Source of the DNA: Vicugna vicugna
Taxonomy: Eukaryota
DNA length: 64,000 bases
Assembly: GCA_013265495.1 (NCBI GenBank)
Contig: MU058337.1
Coordinates: 5,002,716 to 5,066,715 of the forward strand
Reading direction: 5' to 3'
The notes below the pieces were generated by a model, which was not told where the DNA came from, ran no database searches, and saw only the letters and a program-made list of their open reading frames with translations. Shown here in pieces: positions 49,631-63,570 of this stretch. Made by a program: the position numbers and the translations under genes. Numbering within the stretch: position 1 is the first letter of the stretch; each line of letters opens with the position of its first letter.

Positions 49631-51834
49631 CCACCTACAGCATCCATCAAATGCTTAACCTTTCTTTTCTAACACAATAATGATGTATGGTTTTCTCTCT
49701 TCTTATAAAGAACTCCCATGACTATCTCAGACAGCTGTAACTAACAAAAGTTCCTCCTTTTTATCCACTAGAACACAAATTTCATTAATTATATGTTTCA
49801 TCCTTTTCATTGAACTTTGTCATACGCTAAGAAGTCATGAGTTAAATTAGGAATGATTTTAGTTATTGTTAAGAAGAGGATTTCTGAGCCAGACATGTTC
49901 AGCCAACTTTGCAGTTGCCAATCTGCTTCCCAAGTGGGTCGCCCAGGCAGGGAGTGCTCAGAGAAGTGCTGTCCTAACAGTGCTTGTTCCAGCTAGAACT
50001 TCAGGTTGAATTTTGTTGACTTGGCTGCCGTATCCCTTTGTTGAGTCATTGAGCCTACTGTCAACTATAAACATCTGATGTTTTTCAGATCTGCTCCTAA
50101 ATGCAGATCCCATCAGGTACTTGTGAAGAGGAAACTTGGACCCAAGGGGAGGACTTCATTTTCATCCTCTTTGAATCTCGTTTTATTATATCTAAACTAC
50201 CATTCCAAGTTCATAGAATTTTTTGAGATCTACATTCTATCACTCAATATATGTACTGAACCTCTCAGCGTAGTGGTATCTTCAATTTGCCAAACATTTC
50301 ATATTCACTAGAAAAAGCATGAAAGAAGATTGGATCAAGTGTGGAAGCTTAGGGCAGATCACCGCCAACCCTGCTCAGCTTGACAGATTCAAGATCTTTG
50401 AGATAGGACCATGCAAGTTGACGTCTTTCTAGACCAAAAAGTTGCTGCCTTGCAGCGGATGCATTCCCTGTACCTGCTGCATGATTCTCATCCACAATCT
50501 GGTCATCCTTTTGAAAAAGATGGTGAGAGTCTGAAATGATTTCTTCTAGGGTACACGTTCTAGGTTTAAGGAGACTGACTGTTTTCACTTACCACAAACC
50601 TTTCCCTTTAATAATTAATTCTAGATTCTTGCTCAGAGTTTACATTGAGATAACTGGCATGTGGTTAAAGGATCTACTTTTTCTCATTTTTCTCAAGGTA
50701 CAGCTATCTTGATATTCTAATGCTACCACCAATTTCTGCAGATCTGCAAAGACCAGTGATGGTGTGTAAGTTGTTCTTCTGGTAAACCTGAAAACTTTAA
50801 ACAATCAAACACTAGTATTTGCTGGATTTCATTTTTTCCCCCAGGTAGACTTCAAAATTTAGCAGCTGGAAACTGGGAATCATATCATTAAAATGTACTA
50901 AGTAAAATTTAACATAACGTTTTCTCTTGCTACTTATTGTTATAAGAATTTTTGAGGGAATTCCTAAAGTTTGTCTGAGTGAGTGTTTTGAACAAAATTG
51001 AAGTGGTATGGCCTTAGTTTTCTGTGACCCCGTTTTCTAGTGTTTCCTTTTAACACCGTACTCAGTGTTACGTTGTACTCAGGTTGTCGTCTATACTTGC
51101 AGAGATAACAGTGATAGCTTTTCTTAATTTTTAAGAGTTGAGTTTATAATTTCAATACCACCACTATTTTAATAGAAGATGAAACATCAGAAGATAATGC
51201 TATATTGTGCACATGAAGGGAATTAAGATACAGAGAAATTGCAAGATTGGTCATAGGGAGACAGTTGATATAACTCTTGCCTTAGCCACAGTGGGAATAA
51301 TTTTTCAAGATACCTAGTGATTAAGCCAATTTTACAAGTAACAGTTTGCAAGTACTAGACATTTTCTTTACAATCCAGATTTACAGATAAAACATATATA
51401 GTAGTAAACATGACACAATTCAGAACATGGCCAGGATGGTTGTAATACAATTATAAGACCATCATGGGAGAAGCACAGAGAATTATTCTTCACATCTGGG
51501 TATTGTAGAGTGACTCGTGGTGTAGGCGGCATGATCTGAGGCTTGAAGAATTGTGATATTGAAGATAAAAAGAATGAGAGGCTGTTTCAGGTGGAGGGAA
51601 ACACAGGAATCAGAAAATGCCATGTGCTGGGGTATAAAGTAGGATAGAAGGAATTAAGGAAAACAGTATTACTGGTCTGTTAGCACACAATAGATGCTCA
51701 ATAACTACTTGCTATAAAAATGAATACATAGATGGATGAGATGATTGGTTATGGCAGTGTCTTCATATGACATGTTAAAGCAATTCAAATTTTACACTTT
51801 GAGTTGTGGGGGAACCACTGATGGTTTTTTTAAT

Positions 51835-52345
51835 GTATTTTTTTTTATTGAAGTAGAGTTGACGTACAATATGATATTAGTTTCAGGTGTACAACATAGT
51901 AATTCAATATTTTATAGATTATATTCCATGTAGAGTTATTACAAAATAATACCTATATTCTCCTGTGCTATACAAAATATGCCTGTGCTTATTAAGTTTA
52001 TACATAGCAATTTGTGTCTCTTAATCCTATACCCCTATCTCCCCTCTCCCCACTCCCCTCTCCCCACTAGTAACCACTAGTTTGTTCTCATATATCTGTG
52101 AGCCTGTTTCTGTTTTGTTATATAGATTTGTTGGTTTTATTTTTCTGGATTCCACATATAAGTGATAACAGAGTATCTTTCTCTGTCTGACTTATTTCAC
52201 TAAGCGTAAATACTCTCTAGGTCCATCCATGTTGTTGCAAATGGCAGAATTTCATTATTTTTTATGGCTGAGTAATAGTCTACCATATAGAAATATATCT
52301 TTATTGGTTGTTGGTAAGCATTTAAGTTGCTTCCATATCTTGACA
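51835..52345 (-). mobile_element. Lineage-specific L1 3' end
   Basis: ttttattgaagtagagttgacgtacaatatgatattagtttcaggtgtacaacatagt...gattccacatataagtgata...ggtccatccatgttgttgcaaatggcagaatttc. Confidence 0.9.
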
Positions 52346-53989
52346 ATTTTGGATCAAGGGAAGCGAGTGAGTGCTTTGAACACCTGAATCATTGGAAAAC
52401 CATTTTTAAAAAGCACTTTTGCTTACCTCTTATGGATTTTTGTTGCCCCTTTATTTCTCCCTGTGACAATCTTTGTGACTCTGCAAGCTATGTGAATAGG
52501 CGACATTTAGTAGTAGGTGTCGATAGGGTGAATATTTAAGTCACCCAATAACCTGAGGTCTTAAACAAAGGCCTTTTTAATACAATATACAGGCTGGACA
52601 AGAAGCAGTGAGCACAGGGTCAGCCCCAGAGAGATCCATTTTATTCCCCAGACTCCAGGAACGAAATGCTTCCAAAGAAGTTAGTTGGAAGAGTTTTGCC
52701 TTTCATTCTCAGGTGCTGGTTCATATTTCACTCAGATTTGTCTCCATCAAAAATAGCTTCATCTAAGGACACTTCGTTAACTTACCTTGACTGAGAAAGT
52801 CGATTTTCTCTTTAGCTGCTAGTGCTGTAGTCTGTGCAGAGAGAACCACTGGAATCACCCCTATTTTTGGTAGGCTCAGGGGGTGGTATTAGATGAAGAG
52901 ATGCGAGCTTTCCCTGTCAGCTGGGAAATCCTTTTCCCTCTTAGGAGTTTATTAGATGATTTAGCTGCCACTAAGTTTAGTTTATAAGAAGAAATGGGAG
53001 CAGCCTCTAAAGCTTCCAGACTGATCCTCTCATTTATCTAAATTCCATTTCTGCTTCTGCAGAAGAGAGTCCTATAATAAATCTGATCCTCTTCCATCCA
53101 CAGTAACAGCTTCCACCCAAAGGCATCCAGTCTAAGGCTAAATAGGATGAAAGCACGAGGACTGGGAAGTGCCTTCGAGAGCACTGAGCCCTTCCTCTTA
53201 ACTACAGCTGAGCAAACTGAGACCTGAAAGATTCAGTTACTTCCCCAAAAGTAACACGGGTAGGAAGGTCCCATGTAAAACTGAAATAGGTGAGACAGCC
53301 ATTCATTGTACGATGTGAACCTACCTCTTCGTCCTAGTGCTCAGGAGTTAAGAGTTACAGAAACGTACTGGCAGTGCGCTGGGCACTCGGAGTGTTGGAT
53401 AACCAGGCTCTGATGGGAGCCAAGAGCACAGTCCAGACAGAAGATGGGCTGTATATGATGTACACCTCGTGCCGTTTCTGCTGACCGTTCACTGCCCTCC
53501 AATGTCATTATGGTCGTTAGCTGCCCCAATCACACGCTCTGATTCACCCCTGCAATCTCTACTTCACCCAGGATCCTTAATAAACTGACCATGTGCTTCC
53601 TTCCCTCCAGATTCAGACTCCCACCTGGGATCATCTGACCAGCCGCCTTCGATCCTATGTGGTGCCCTAGGGGCTGGGGCTGGGACTGGGAGGTGGGGTG
53701 AGGGGAGGCGCGTGGGTTCCTTCCTCTTGTCTATACTGATATTCTCCCCAGATTTGGGGTATTCCAATGATCAATATCTAGCACAGGTCTGTACACTTCT
53801 GCATGTGGCTCTGTTTGGCACTTGACTCCTAAAGCCATCACACAGCTTGCGTAAGGCATGGTCAAGGCAGCTTGAACCAAGATCTGGCTCCAAATTGCAG
53901 CCCTGATAGAAAAGGCACCTTTGTGACTATTGTCATTGTTACCATTTTTCTCATGTCAGAAGCAACCAGACATCCGTTAAACCTGTAAA

Positions 53990-54135
53990 CACGAGTTTCT
54001 CAGAGCAGGTTGGATTACTCCCCACATCAGAGTCATCTGGTGCTTAAAGCAGACACCCTGTCCCAACCCAGAACTGCTGAGCCAAGTCCATGGGGCCAGG
54101 ACACAGATGCACACTGCGTTCTGAGAACTGCTGAT
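53990..54135. mobile_element. MER5-like fragment
   Basis: catcagagtcatctggtgcttaaagcagacaccctg...ttctgagaactgctg. Confidence 0.55.
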
Positions 54136-54444
54136 CTCCGCCCAGGGTCCAGCATCGATGTTCCTGTAGGACATAACATTCTTTCACCAACTCCCTCGAC
54201 TTGTTGCCAATCACACAGAGAGCTAGAAAGTTCTGTAGGTAGATCCAGAAGTGGGAGAAAGTGTTAAAAGCCCCTGAAATTATTTAGTGACCGTCTGTAT
54301 GGTTACTGTATCTTTATATTCACTGTGTCTTTCTGTTCTGCAAGGGCAGACAACTAAAATATACTCAGCTCCTGCTAGGCATGCATCATAGCTACACTGA
54401 AGGAATTTCCTTTGCAAAATTCACATCTGCATTTGAACTTGGTG

Positions 54445-54595
54445 CAGCGATTTTCAGTTTGGTCCCCAGGCAAGAAGCATCAGAATCACCTGGGAACGTG
54501 TTAGATGCAAATTCTCTGCTGCTCCATCCCAGACTGATGTATTAACTAGCTTTCTAGATGGTTCTGATGCACGCTGAGGTTTGCGGGCTCTTGTG
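54445..54595. mobile_element. MER5A-like element
   Basis: tggtcccc...gcatcagaatcacctgggaacgtgttagatgcaaattctc...gttctgatgcacgctgaggtttg. Confidence 0.8.
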
Positions 54596-57500
54596 CGAAG
54601 CCTCCTTGCCTGTAATGTAGAAATAATAATAACTTAGACCTCATAGGTGTCTTTCGTATTACTTTCTGTTCTCGTTATAAAACCAAGCTAATGCACAAAA
54701 AAGCGCTTGGCCTGAGGAAGGTGTTCAGTACATAGTAAGAATAGCATTGAGTCTGTATTTAATTTTTTCAGGCCGCTTCTATTTTCTCATTGCTTAATCC
54801 CCAGTGAATCCATTGGTTGCCTATAATATAAGCATCATGTTGCAAGTTCCATATGATGATTACAGAAGGGATCCTGATGTTGTAAGATTGTCCTCCTTAA
54901 GGAAAATGAGGGGTTTTTTTATTCCCCAATAAAACAATAAGGGCAAAGCTATGTATTTTTCTATTGTCACTTAAAGCCATGTTACGGCTTATTCACAGGT
55001 GACTTTAACATGGCGTTAATAGGCTTAGTGGGGCTTTCAATTTCTTAATCTCAGGTGAGGACCAATTTCTTAAGGCAAAGTACAATAATCTTTACCACTT
55101 CGTCCCTGACACCCAGATCAAAATCCCTGAATCTGGACTTGCATTTGATTTTCATTTTGTGATTTAAATGCATGGTGAATGGCACTTCCCCAAGGGTGAG
55201 GCTTGAGACTGAAATACGTGTCAGCCCCACTAGAGGGTGACCTTAACCTTGAGTCGGGGTGCAGAGAAACTAAGGGCACCCTCTGAGGCCATCTCAAGAC
55301 TAGACTGTTGCTGTTTATTCAAGGTGAGCAAGAGGCCGAAGGTGCCAATTCAAGCCAACTCAGACCGGCAAAACTGCCTGTTTCTCAATAATCCACAGTC
55401 TGCTGGGGGCATTTAAACCTGAGCTGTTGCATATTCTCAGTTTGTATTGTAAGGGAAAATTCCTTCTTAATAAACGCAAGTCTGAATTTTAAAAATTCTT
55501 TATCTGTTTCAATTCTGCTTCTCAAATGCCCACCTCCCCCACCCAGTAAAATAACATAACTGAAAATATGAGAAAGAGAACCTCGTTTTGTAAAATCAAA
55601 ATAAAGCAAAAGGCTATAGGAATTGGTAAAGTTCCACTTGGTGATTTAAAGATGTGACAAATAGATTCTTTAGATGCCAAAGAATAAGAGCATAATCAAG
55701 ATGTTCAGAATGTGATCAGAGTCAGTTTAGATCAAACCTTAAGAAATTAATATTGAAACCAGATTTGGTTTCTTTTTCATAGTTTAGATTTAAGAAGTAA
55801 AATATTTGTAAATGTTATAATAATAATGCCTCTAAAAACCTTCCAATTAAACATCAGAGTTCAGTGTTATTTTAAAAACCATCTTAGTAAATGCCTTTTT
55901 GTAGCATTTATACTTAACTTTTGAATTCAAGTAATATTTATGTTCTCTACATGCATTATATACTGACTTGATTTTTTCTACTTTGATTTTTGATAGTTTT
56001 TAACAGAAAAGATTAGCATAGGAGAGTGCCAATTCCATTAAAATATGTAGATCGTACTGGTATTTTCTGCTTTTCTCAAACGATTGCAAAGAATGTTTCC
56101 AGAGCACAGGATAGCTGTCCTATCAATGAAATCAATTAACCTCATGCGAAAGAAGACTACAGTAACTAAAGCTGGGTTCCTACATACAGATGATTTTATT
56201 CTTAAATATCTTTATGAATCAAAAAACCCCCACGGTCTTATAAAATGCATATCTATTAAAACATGAAGAAAGATTTTCTGTGACACGAGTTAGTCTGAAT
56301 CAATTTTTATCTTGCATCTAAGTTCATGAGAAAAGATTGCCTTTGGAAAGAAGTCAGTCTTTCCTTGAAGAATGGGTGGTTTGATAATTTTTATATTCTT
56401 GGAAGAAGTTGCAGACTGAATTGAAATCTTTCTTCTCAGAAAAATAAGCCTTCTGTGATTTCATATTAACACAGTATCTATGTGCAATCGCATATGTTTT
56501 TATGTAGGATTGGTAAGAACTACTTTGATAACTTTTACATTTCTCTCTGGTTTGTGCGTCATTTTTATCTGAAAAAGTTTACTCCTATGTTTTAAATTAG
56601 GTATTTTTCTGTTAATTAAACAACTCCCACTTTAAAGCTATAGAAGGCATTCTGGAAAACGATGTGGGGTTATGTATAACCACCCCAGCCTAAGGATGAT
56701 GTGGACCTGAACTCTCGTTTGCAAATTGGAGTTAGGAGAGGAACGTGCAATTTAATTACTTTGGGATGGCGCCACTCAGACTTGCTTCCAACTGTAACCT
56801 ATGGCTAAACCAGATGACTCATTTGCCTAACTGTCTATCACCTGTTAAGATTTGACAGCTCCTGTGCATACAGAGAGCAGCTAATCACTAATTGGGCAGA
56901 GTCCTCACTTCTCTCCCCAGTGTCAGATTAGATTGCCCCAATTGTTCTGAATTCCTTGAAAGTTGAAGGCTTCATTTATTTATTTTTAGCCAAGTGTTTT
57001 GATTCTTCCTGTTTAAGGTAAAGTTGAAGAGATAATTGACAGACGCAAGGAACGCTAGCTGGAAGGGAATGTGGGAGGGTTAAGAGGGTAGGGAGCGTGG
57101 AGGGAGAATTGTCTCCTATTTTATTCTCACCTTGCTTATCTTTGTGAGAAAATGTAGATGACTTTGGCTCTTCCTAATATTACTAGACTGTCTCCTCTAC
57201 CTTCTTTGTGAAGAAAACTCAGAAATATTTCAACCGTTTATGTTTCCAGACATTTTTATGTTTTCTATGTTATAAGTAGTGATGCGTCTGTAGTTAATGT
57301 TTGCAGGGGTTCACACTGTGTGTACTCTGATGCCTGTTTCTCTGTTTCCTTCCGGCTGTTGATATGGCAGATGTATATCTCCTGCCTAGCTACTTTCCTG
57401 AAGCAGAAAGATACTTCATATAACTTCCATTTCTCTTGGGAAGTGTACTCCACTTAGCATTTTAACTCTAGTTTATAGTGAAATGAGGAGAACTGGTTAC

Positions 57501-57857
57501 TGATTTTTCTCCAGGTTTGAGAACTATCATCTTCTTCACCTAAATTATTAGTGACATTTTGGGTTTTCGGTTTCTCCATTTACAGAATGGAAGCCACAGG
57601 CAATGTCAGATTGTTTTTGTAAAGAAGACAACTTATTTTTTATCATTAGAATAAAGGTGTACTCTAATCATAAGGTATAAAGGCATTAAAAACATTAAAA
57701 GAAAATGAGAGCGGACAGCAGGGAAGGATACCCTCTGGGCAGAGCGCTGTTATAACTGTCAGCAACAGATAAGAAGGTTTTTCTCCACGGATTTATGTAA
57801 TATTTGAGATCACATATGCCATCAAGATTCACCTATGTAGAGAGATTTCTTAAACAG

Positions 57858-58190
57858 TGTCTTAGTTCCGGCTGCTATAACAGAGTACTGTAGACCGGAT
57901 GGCTGAAAAACAACAGAAGTTTACTTCTCACAGTCTGGAGGCTGGAAGTCCAAGGTCAGGGTGCCAGCATGGTCGGGTTCTGGTGAGAGCCCTAATCTGG
58001 TTGCAGGCTGCTGCCTTCTCCTTGCGTCCTGAAATGGCAGAAAGAGAGTAAACGAGCTCTCTGGCCTCTTCTTACAGGGACGCTAATCCCACTCCTTAAG
58101 GCTCCACCCTCATGAAAGGCTCCATCTCCAAACACCATCAAATTGGGGATTAGATTTCAACACAGGAACTTGTGAGTAGAACTAAGTACA
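57858..58190 (-). mobile_element. MaLR MLT1A/MST-like LTR
   Basis: tgtcttagttccggctgctataacag...ctcacagtctggaggctggaagtccaaggtcagggtgccagcatggtcgggttctggtgagagccc...ggggattagatttcaaca. Confidence 0.9.
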
Positions 58191-58754
58191 GTGTCCAGAA
58201 AGAGTGACTCATGTTGTCAAATTGTACGGAGTATCTTAGGACTTAGCACCCTATCAACCACTAGTAAGAAATTTTTTAAATTAAAATTTCAACAACAATA
58301 AAAATTTGCAAACCACAAAATTGAAAGGAATAAAAGCAATATTTAGAAATAAAATTCTTTAAGATTTTAAGCTGAGACGGGAGAAATAAAATGGAATTAA
58401 TGTCCCCTTTTATCAAAGTTTAAATTATAGACCATATATAATGCCATATATTATATATGTGCAAAAAGTAATGTATAGTATGTGTGAATTGTCACATTCA
58501 CAATACATGGTATTATTGAGTTGCATTTGCATATCAGAAGTTAAAAATTGGGTTGGGCATAGTGAAATCATGCCATTAAACATGTATTACTCATATATTT
58601 AAAATATTGCAAGAGAAGGAAGTTTAGCTTCATGTTACATCAATTTCAAAGTAACTTCTTCTTCCTCACTAACAAAGTCCCCCTTTTATCTGAGTTGGCC
58701 ATATCTTCTAATCTAGGAAATTAATAATGCTTGATTTAAGACTTAAATTTTAGG

Positions 58755-59196
58755 CCCATCACAGCAGCCACATTTTACTTAACCAGCAATTATTCTAGGT
58801 GTGGGTATATGCCCTTGTTCTGACCAATAAAGTAAACAATAAGCTTTATTAAAGAGCTTCTGAGAAAATATTTCCTTCCTCAAAAAAAGGGAGACAGCTC
58901 TTCTTTCCCCTGCCCTTCTCCATGTTAACTGGGATTCTGTTCTATGAAAACGGGATGGCGGGAGCTATAACCACCATTTTGTGAGAGCAAATCACCAACA
59001 CACTTAGGAAGACAGAAAGGAAAGAAAGAGAGAGAGAAATATGAGTCCTTGATGAAGTCAGGTGCACTGATCCAAAGCTGGAAGCACATACCTTTAGAGA
59101 CTTTTCAGATGAGAGAGAAGTTCAGATTCTATTATATAAGCCACTACCATCTAGATAGCCCATTCCTTGCAGCTGCAAGCATTTTGGAACGATACT
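58755..59196 (+). mobile_element. Old MaLR LTR (MLT1J/K-like)
   Basis: ttctgaccaat...gcttctgagaaa...ggagctataaccaccattttgtga...gagtccttgatg...aagccact...cttgcagctgcaagcatt. Confidence 0.55.
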
Positions 59197-59862
59197 GACT
59201 TTATCAACTGTTTTTAGTTATTCATAGACGTGCTCACTTGATCATCACTCATTATAATAAGACTTGTTTGGTGTTATCACTGCTCTCTTTCGGTACTTTA
59301 TGTAACCGATTAAAGTTTATATTGAATGTTTTCAAAATCTATTTACATCAGATTCTAACTATTTTGTTTTTCCTTCTCTGATCAACAGGGCAGGAGACCA
59401 CTGAGAACATAAGCATGCTATAAACCTGCTTTTCAAATGTTCCTGGTTAGGCAAAGACAAATGCTTCTTCAGATTTCTGCTTTTCTCTTTAATGATTGAT
59501 ACTTTAACTACAGATTTCACTAGGAATGTGCCTCTATACATTTACAGATAGAAGTTAAAGTGCATTCGTGTGGTAGTTTAAATAGAAATAACATACATAA
59601 CATCAAATGCAGCTCAGTCTTCTCCATAAGCGGGCTATTTAATGTATCAATGTAACTACTGCATTATCTCGACAGATCAAATTGGAAAGCTTTCTCCAGA
59701 ACCCTATCTCCAAACCTAAGATATTCTCAGAGGGATCTGTCTACAGATACAGCTGTTTCTTTTTTTCTCTAGAGGTTTTTGTATCTCAGTATGAATTGTT
59801 CTGAAATGAGGGAATCCCATGAAAGCTGTACACATTCAGCCAGCCCCAGTAAGAGTCTAGCG

Positions 59863-60074
59863 CAGGGGTGAAAACTTTTTCTTAAAGGGCCAGATGAATG
59901 TTTTAGGCTTGTAGGTCATATGGTCTCAGCTTCTGATCTACTGCTCTTGCAGCTCAAAAGCAGCCATAGGCAATATGTAAACTAGTGGGGTTGGCTGTGT
60001 TCCAATAAAACTTTATTTACATAAACAGTTGGCAGGCCAGCTTTGGCCTGGGGTCTGTAGTTTGCTCATCACTG
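59863..60074 (-). mobile_element. MER58A hAT-Charlie element
   Basis: caggggtgaaaac...aaagggccaga...ggctgtgttccaataaaactttatttaca...gtagtttgctcatcactg; 8-bp hAT-type TSD gtctagcg/atctagag. Confidence 0.92.
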
Positions 60075-60289
60075 ATCTAGAGATTTCATTTTTGCTTCAC
60101 CAACCTACATTCAAATATTGTTCTTGAGAACTGTTAACACGGGTATCTTCTTTAATGCATGATCGCTGAGGATTCCTTCTGTGGAATTTATTGACATTCA
60201 TGGGAAAACCGACAGAGAGCCTGCAAATCTCTGCCCCAGACCAAAATCCTCCTCCACCCAGAGTTAGTTATCTTTCTCTTTTAGTTTAG

Positions 60290-60990
60290 TAAATGAATAA
60301 ACTTTATCCTTTTTTTTTAGTAGTTTTAGGTTTATAGAAAAATTGAGCAGAAAGTAAAAAGAGTTCCCATAGACCCCCTCACCCCTATAAGAAAGTTTCC
60401 CTTACTAACATCTAGCGTTAGTGTGGTACAAATATTGCAGTTGATGAACTGATATTGATACGCTTGTATTAATCAGAGTCCACAGTTTGCATCAGCAGTC
60501 ACTCTTTGTGTTGCACATTCCATAGTATGGACAGAGTATGGCGGCTGAGGACAGGTGTCACTACAGTATCACAGACAATTTCACTGCCCTCACAGTCCTC
60601 TGTGCTCCACCTATTCATTCCTCCCCCCACAGCCCCTGCCAGCCACTGATCTTTTCACTCTCTCCATAATCTTGCCTTTTCAGGAATGTCACAGAATTGG
60701 AACCATACAGTATGCAGCCTTTTCAGATTGGCCTTTTTCGCTTAGTAACAGACATTGAAGATACCCCATGGTTTGATCATTTCTTTTTAGCACGAATTGT
60801 GTGAATTCCATTGTATGGATTTACTGCAGTTTGTTGATACATTCACCTATTGAAATCCGCCTTGGTTGCTCCCAATGTTTGGAAATTATGAATGAAGTCT
60901 CTGTAGACATTCACCTGCAGGTTTCTGTGAGGATGAAAATTTTCACTTCATTTGGAGCATGACTGCTGGATCATATGACCAGTGATCTTT
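60290..60990 (-). mobile_element. Old L1 (L1MC/MD-like) 3' end
   Basis: agttttaggtttatagaaaaattgagcagaaagt...gagttcccata...gccactgatcttttcact...cagtatgcagccttttcagattggc...gctggatcatatg. Confidence 0.88.
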
Positions 60991-62445
60991 TTAAAACTCC
61001 ATCTCAGCACATCTTCCTTTTGCTTGAAAACTCTGGGGCTCATCTCTGCTTGTTAGAATGTCACAGTTCCACAGCATGGCCAGTGTGGTTTGCTCTATTC
61101 CATCTTCACTGGACCCCACAGACCTTAGCTTCCAGCCACACGTTCCCAGGATTCCTATGTGTCAGAGAGCTTCTAATTTCTAGAAGGCTCTCTTCCTTCC
61201 AAATGGAATGTTTTTCTCTTTCTTCTTCACCTGACAAACTCCGATTTGCCTTTCAAAATGTAGCTAAATGGCACCACATGTAAAAAGATTTTCCTCTTCT
61301 CAGAGGCAGAAATAGCTGTTTCTTCCTCTAGACTCTGACTCTCATGTCCTCAGCACAGCACGGAAAGCTCTGTTTTGTGACTGCTAATGTAATATTGATT
61401 CCCTCTACTAAAATGAGACTGAAACTTGAAAACACACACACACACATGCACAGACACACACGCACAAGCTACTGAAGGAAAAAATTTAAATATTGTGGGA
61501 AACTACTCTATAGATATTTGAAATAATATTCCATGAAAGGACAGAAAGTACTATATAAACTTAGGTTATACACGGAAGCTTTATTTTGCCCAGGGATACA
61601 GAACTGCAGTATTTGACCTTTCAAAAACAGCAGTGAGCACACACCAAATGTCATCCAGCTCCACAAGCAAAATACCTGCACACGGTGCCTGACACTCTTA
61701 CCCCTTAGCTGCCATGCACGCTCACACGGTACTGACTATTTGACCTCCTAAATACTTCCTGAGTCTGCCTTTTTATCTCCATCTCCACTGCCCATGTCCC
61801 TGCCTGGTACTGCAGTAGACAAATTCTCGTATCTAAGGAATACAAGGCTCTCTTTCCCATTCTTCACACTTTAGCCAGAAGGGTCTTTCCAAACGCCTAC
61901 CTGATTGTGACTTGCTTCTGCATACAAGCTTGTAACGTTCTCCCATTGTTTCTAGGGAAAGACCAAAACTCAACATGACCGCCTAGCACCCAGATCTCAA
62001 CTTCTACTGCTGTCTCCTTCCCACTCTGCATTCCAATTTCAGTTTTCTTTTTGTCATTGAAGTGGTCTGTCTCTGTTCCTGCCCTAGGGCCTTTGCACAC
62101 GGTACTGCCCTCTCCAGGAATATTCTTTACCCTGTTCTAAGGCTAGTTAGCTCATACTGGTATTTTAGATCTCAGCTCAGAGTTTGATATTTTTCCTTAC
62201 CAATTCAGGCTTGGTCAGACTTGTTTGTTATATGTTCTCATAGAAATTATTCTTTTTCTTATAGAAATTTGTCTTGCTTTGTAATGACATGATCAATAGT
62301 GTAAGCATCCATCTCCCCCACTAAACTGTATGTCCCAAGAGAGGACAGATTATATCATTTTTGCTCATTGTTCTATCTCCAGAGCAAGAATAGTGACTGG
62401 CAACTAGTGAAAACTCACTAAATATTTATTGGAGAAACAAATGCA
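60990..62445 (+). mobile_element. L2 fragments (~60990-61415 and ~61730-62445)
   Basis: ctgttcctgccctagggcctttgcacac...ttagatctcagctc...ccccactaaactgta...ctcactaaatatttattgg. Confidence 0.75.
61431..61466 (+). repeat. Imperfect (CA)n
   Basis: acacacacacacacatgcacagacacacacgcaca. Confidence 0.85.
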
Positions 62446-63369
62446 AGAATTTTAGACATTATTAAGTACAGAATAATGGAAATCTTTTTCCATATGTTCA
62501 CAGTATTCAAATTTTCAAATTTATTATGTAATATCTGGGACAGAATGTTTAGTATTTGTAATTTTATATATATTTTTAACCAACTTTAAATAATATAATT
62601 CTTTCCATTTCTTAGTGTCACACTCTCAACTGACAACCTGGAAAGTAAGACAATTTTAACTTGTGAATGCCTGTAAAATTTCAAAATACACCATGACGAT
62701 AATTCATTGCTAATTAGACAGTTAAATCCAGAGCAGAACTGAACTTCAGCTATAGGGTCAGCTTCACCTGGTTGGAGTCAGTCAGCCACCAGGCTGACCT
62801 CTCCCTCTCCCCAGTCGCTCTTCTTCCCGGAAAGTGTTGCTACTGCCTCTCTTCTCACTTTCCGGACCTCTCTCTTTTCAGACAGGTCCTTTTGTGTCCT
62901 TTAGTGTTAACCTTTGAAATTATTGAACAAGTTGCTACCAGAATCTGGGAAATCATGGCCAAAGCAACATCAAAGCAAGACTATCCTCAGGTTTTTATTT
63001 CCGTACTACGCGGGCTTCCTCTGCATGTCACCCCTTCAGTGTCGGTGATTCTCTTAAGAAGCTGACCTCTGTTATTCCAGTAAGATGCTCTGTTTCATTC
63101 CACGAGTGTCTCCTCCCGCAGGCTAGCCCAGGCATGCTCTCCTGACGGTGGAGGAGGCAGAGAGAGGGCAAACCCAGTTGTCCAAGTGTTTATCAAGCCT
63201 CTACGCTCTTCACCTTAGTGCACAGTGAGAAGACAAGTCAAATTACAGCTAAAGAGCTTTGATCTGATCTGAGGAGGGCCATTTTTATAATTGATCACAT
63301 ATCTCAAAAAGTACATCTCTTCAGTTGAATGATGAGTAGGAATAATTAAATTATTTATCTTGACAATAA

Positions 63370-63570
63370 TTAATGTTCTTGGGCAAGTTACTTAACCCTT
63401 CTGGGCTCAGTTTCTTCATTTCTAAAATGGGGATAATAATGGTACCAATCTCAATGGATTATCGTGAGGAATAATTCGTTGATTATGTAAATGTGTAGAA
63501 CAGTGGTGGGTACAAAAGTGTGCACAATTTAAGTTTTAGCTGTAGCTATTAAACTATTACTATTATTATT
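63370..63570 (+). mobile_element. MIR SINE
   Basis: cttgggcaagttacttaacccttctgggctcagtttcttcatttctaaaatggggataataatggtacc, near-consensus MIR core. Confidence 0.9.

Noticed and set aside
52030..52066. Minus-strand G4-like tract
   Set aside because: Ordinary G-rich segment of an L1 3'UTR
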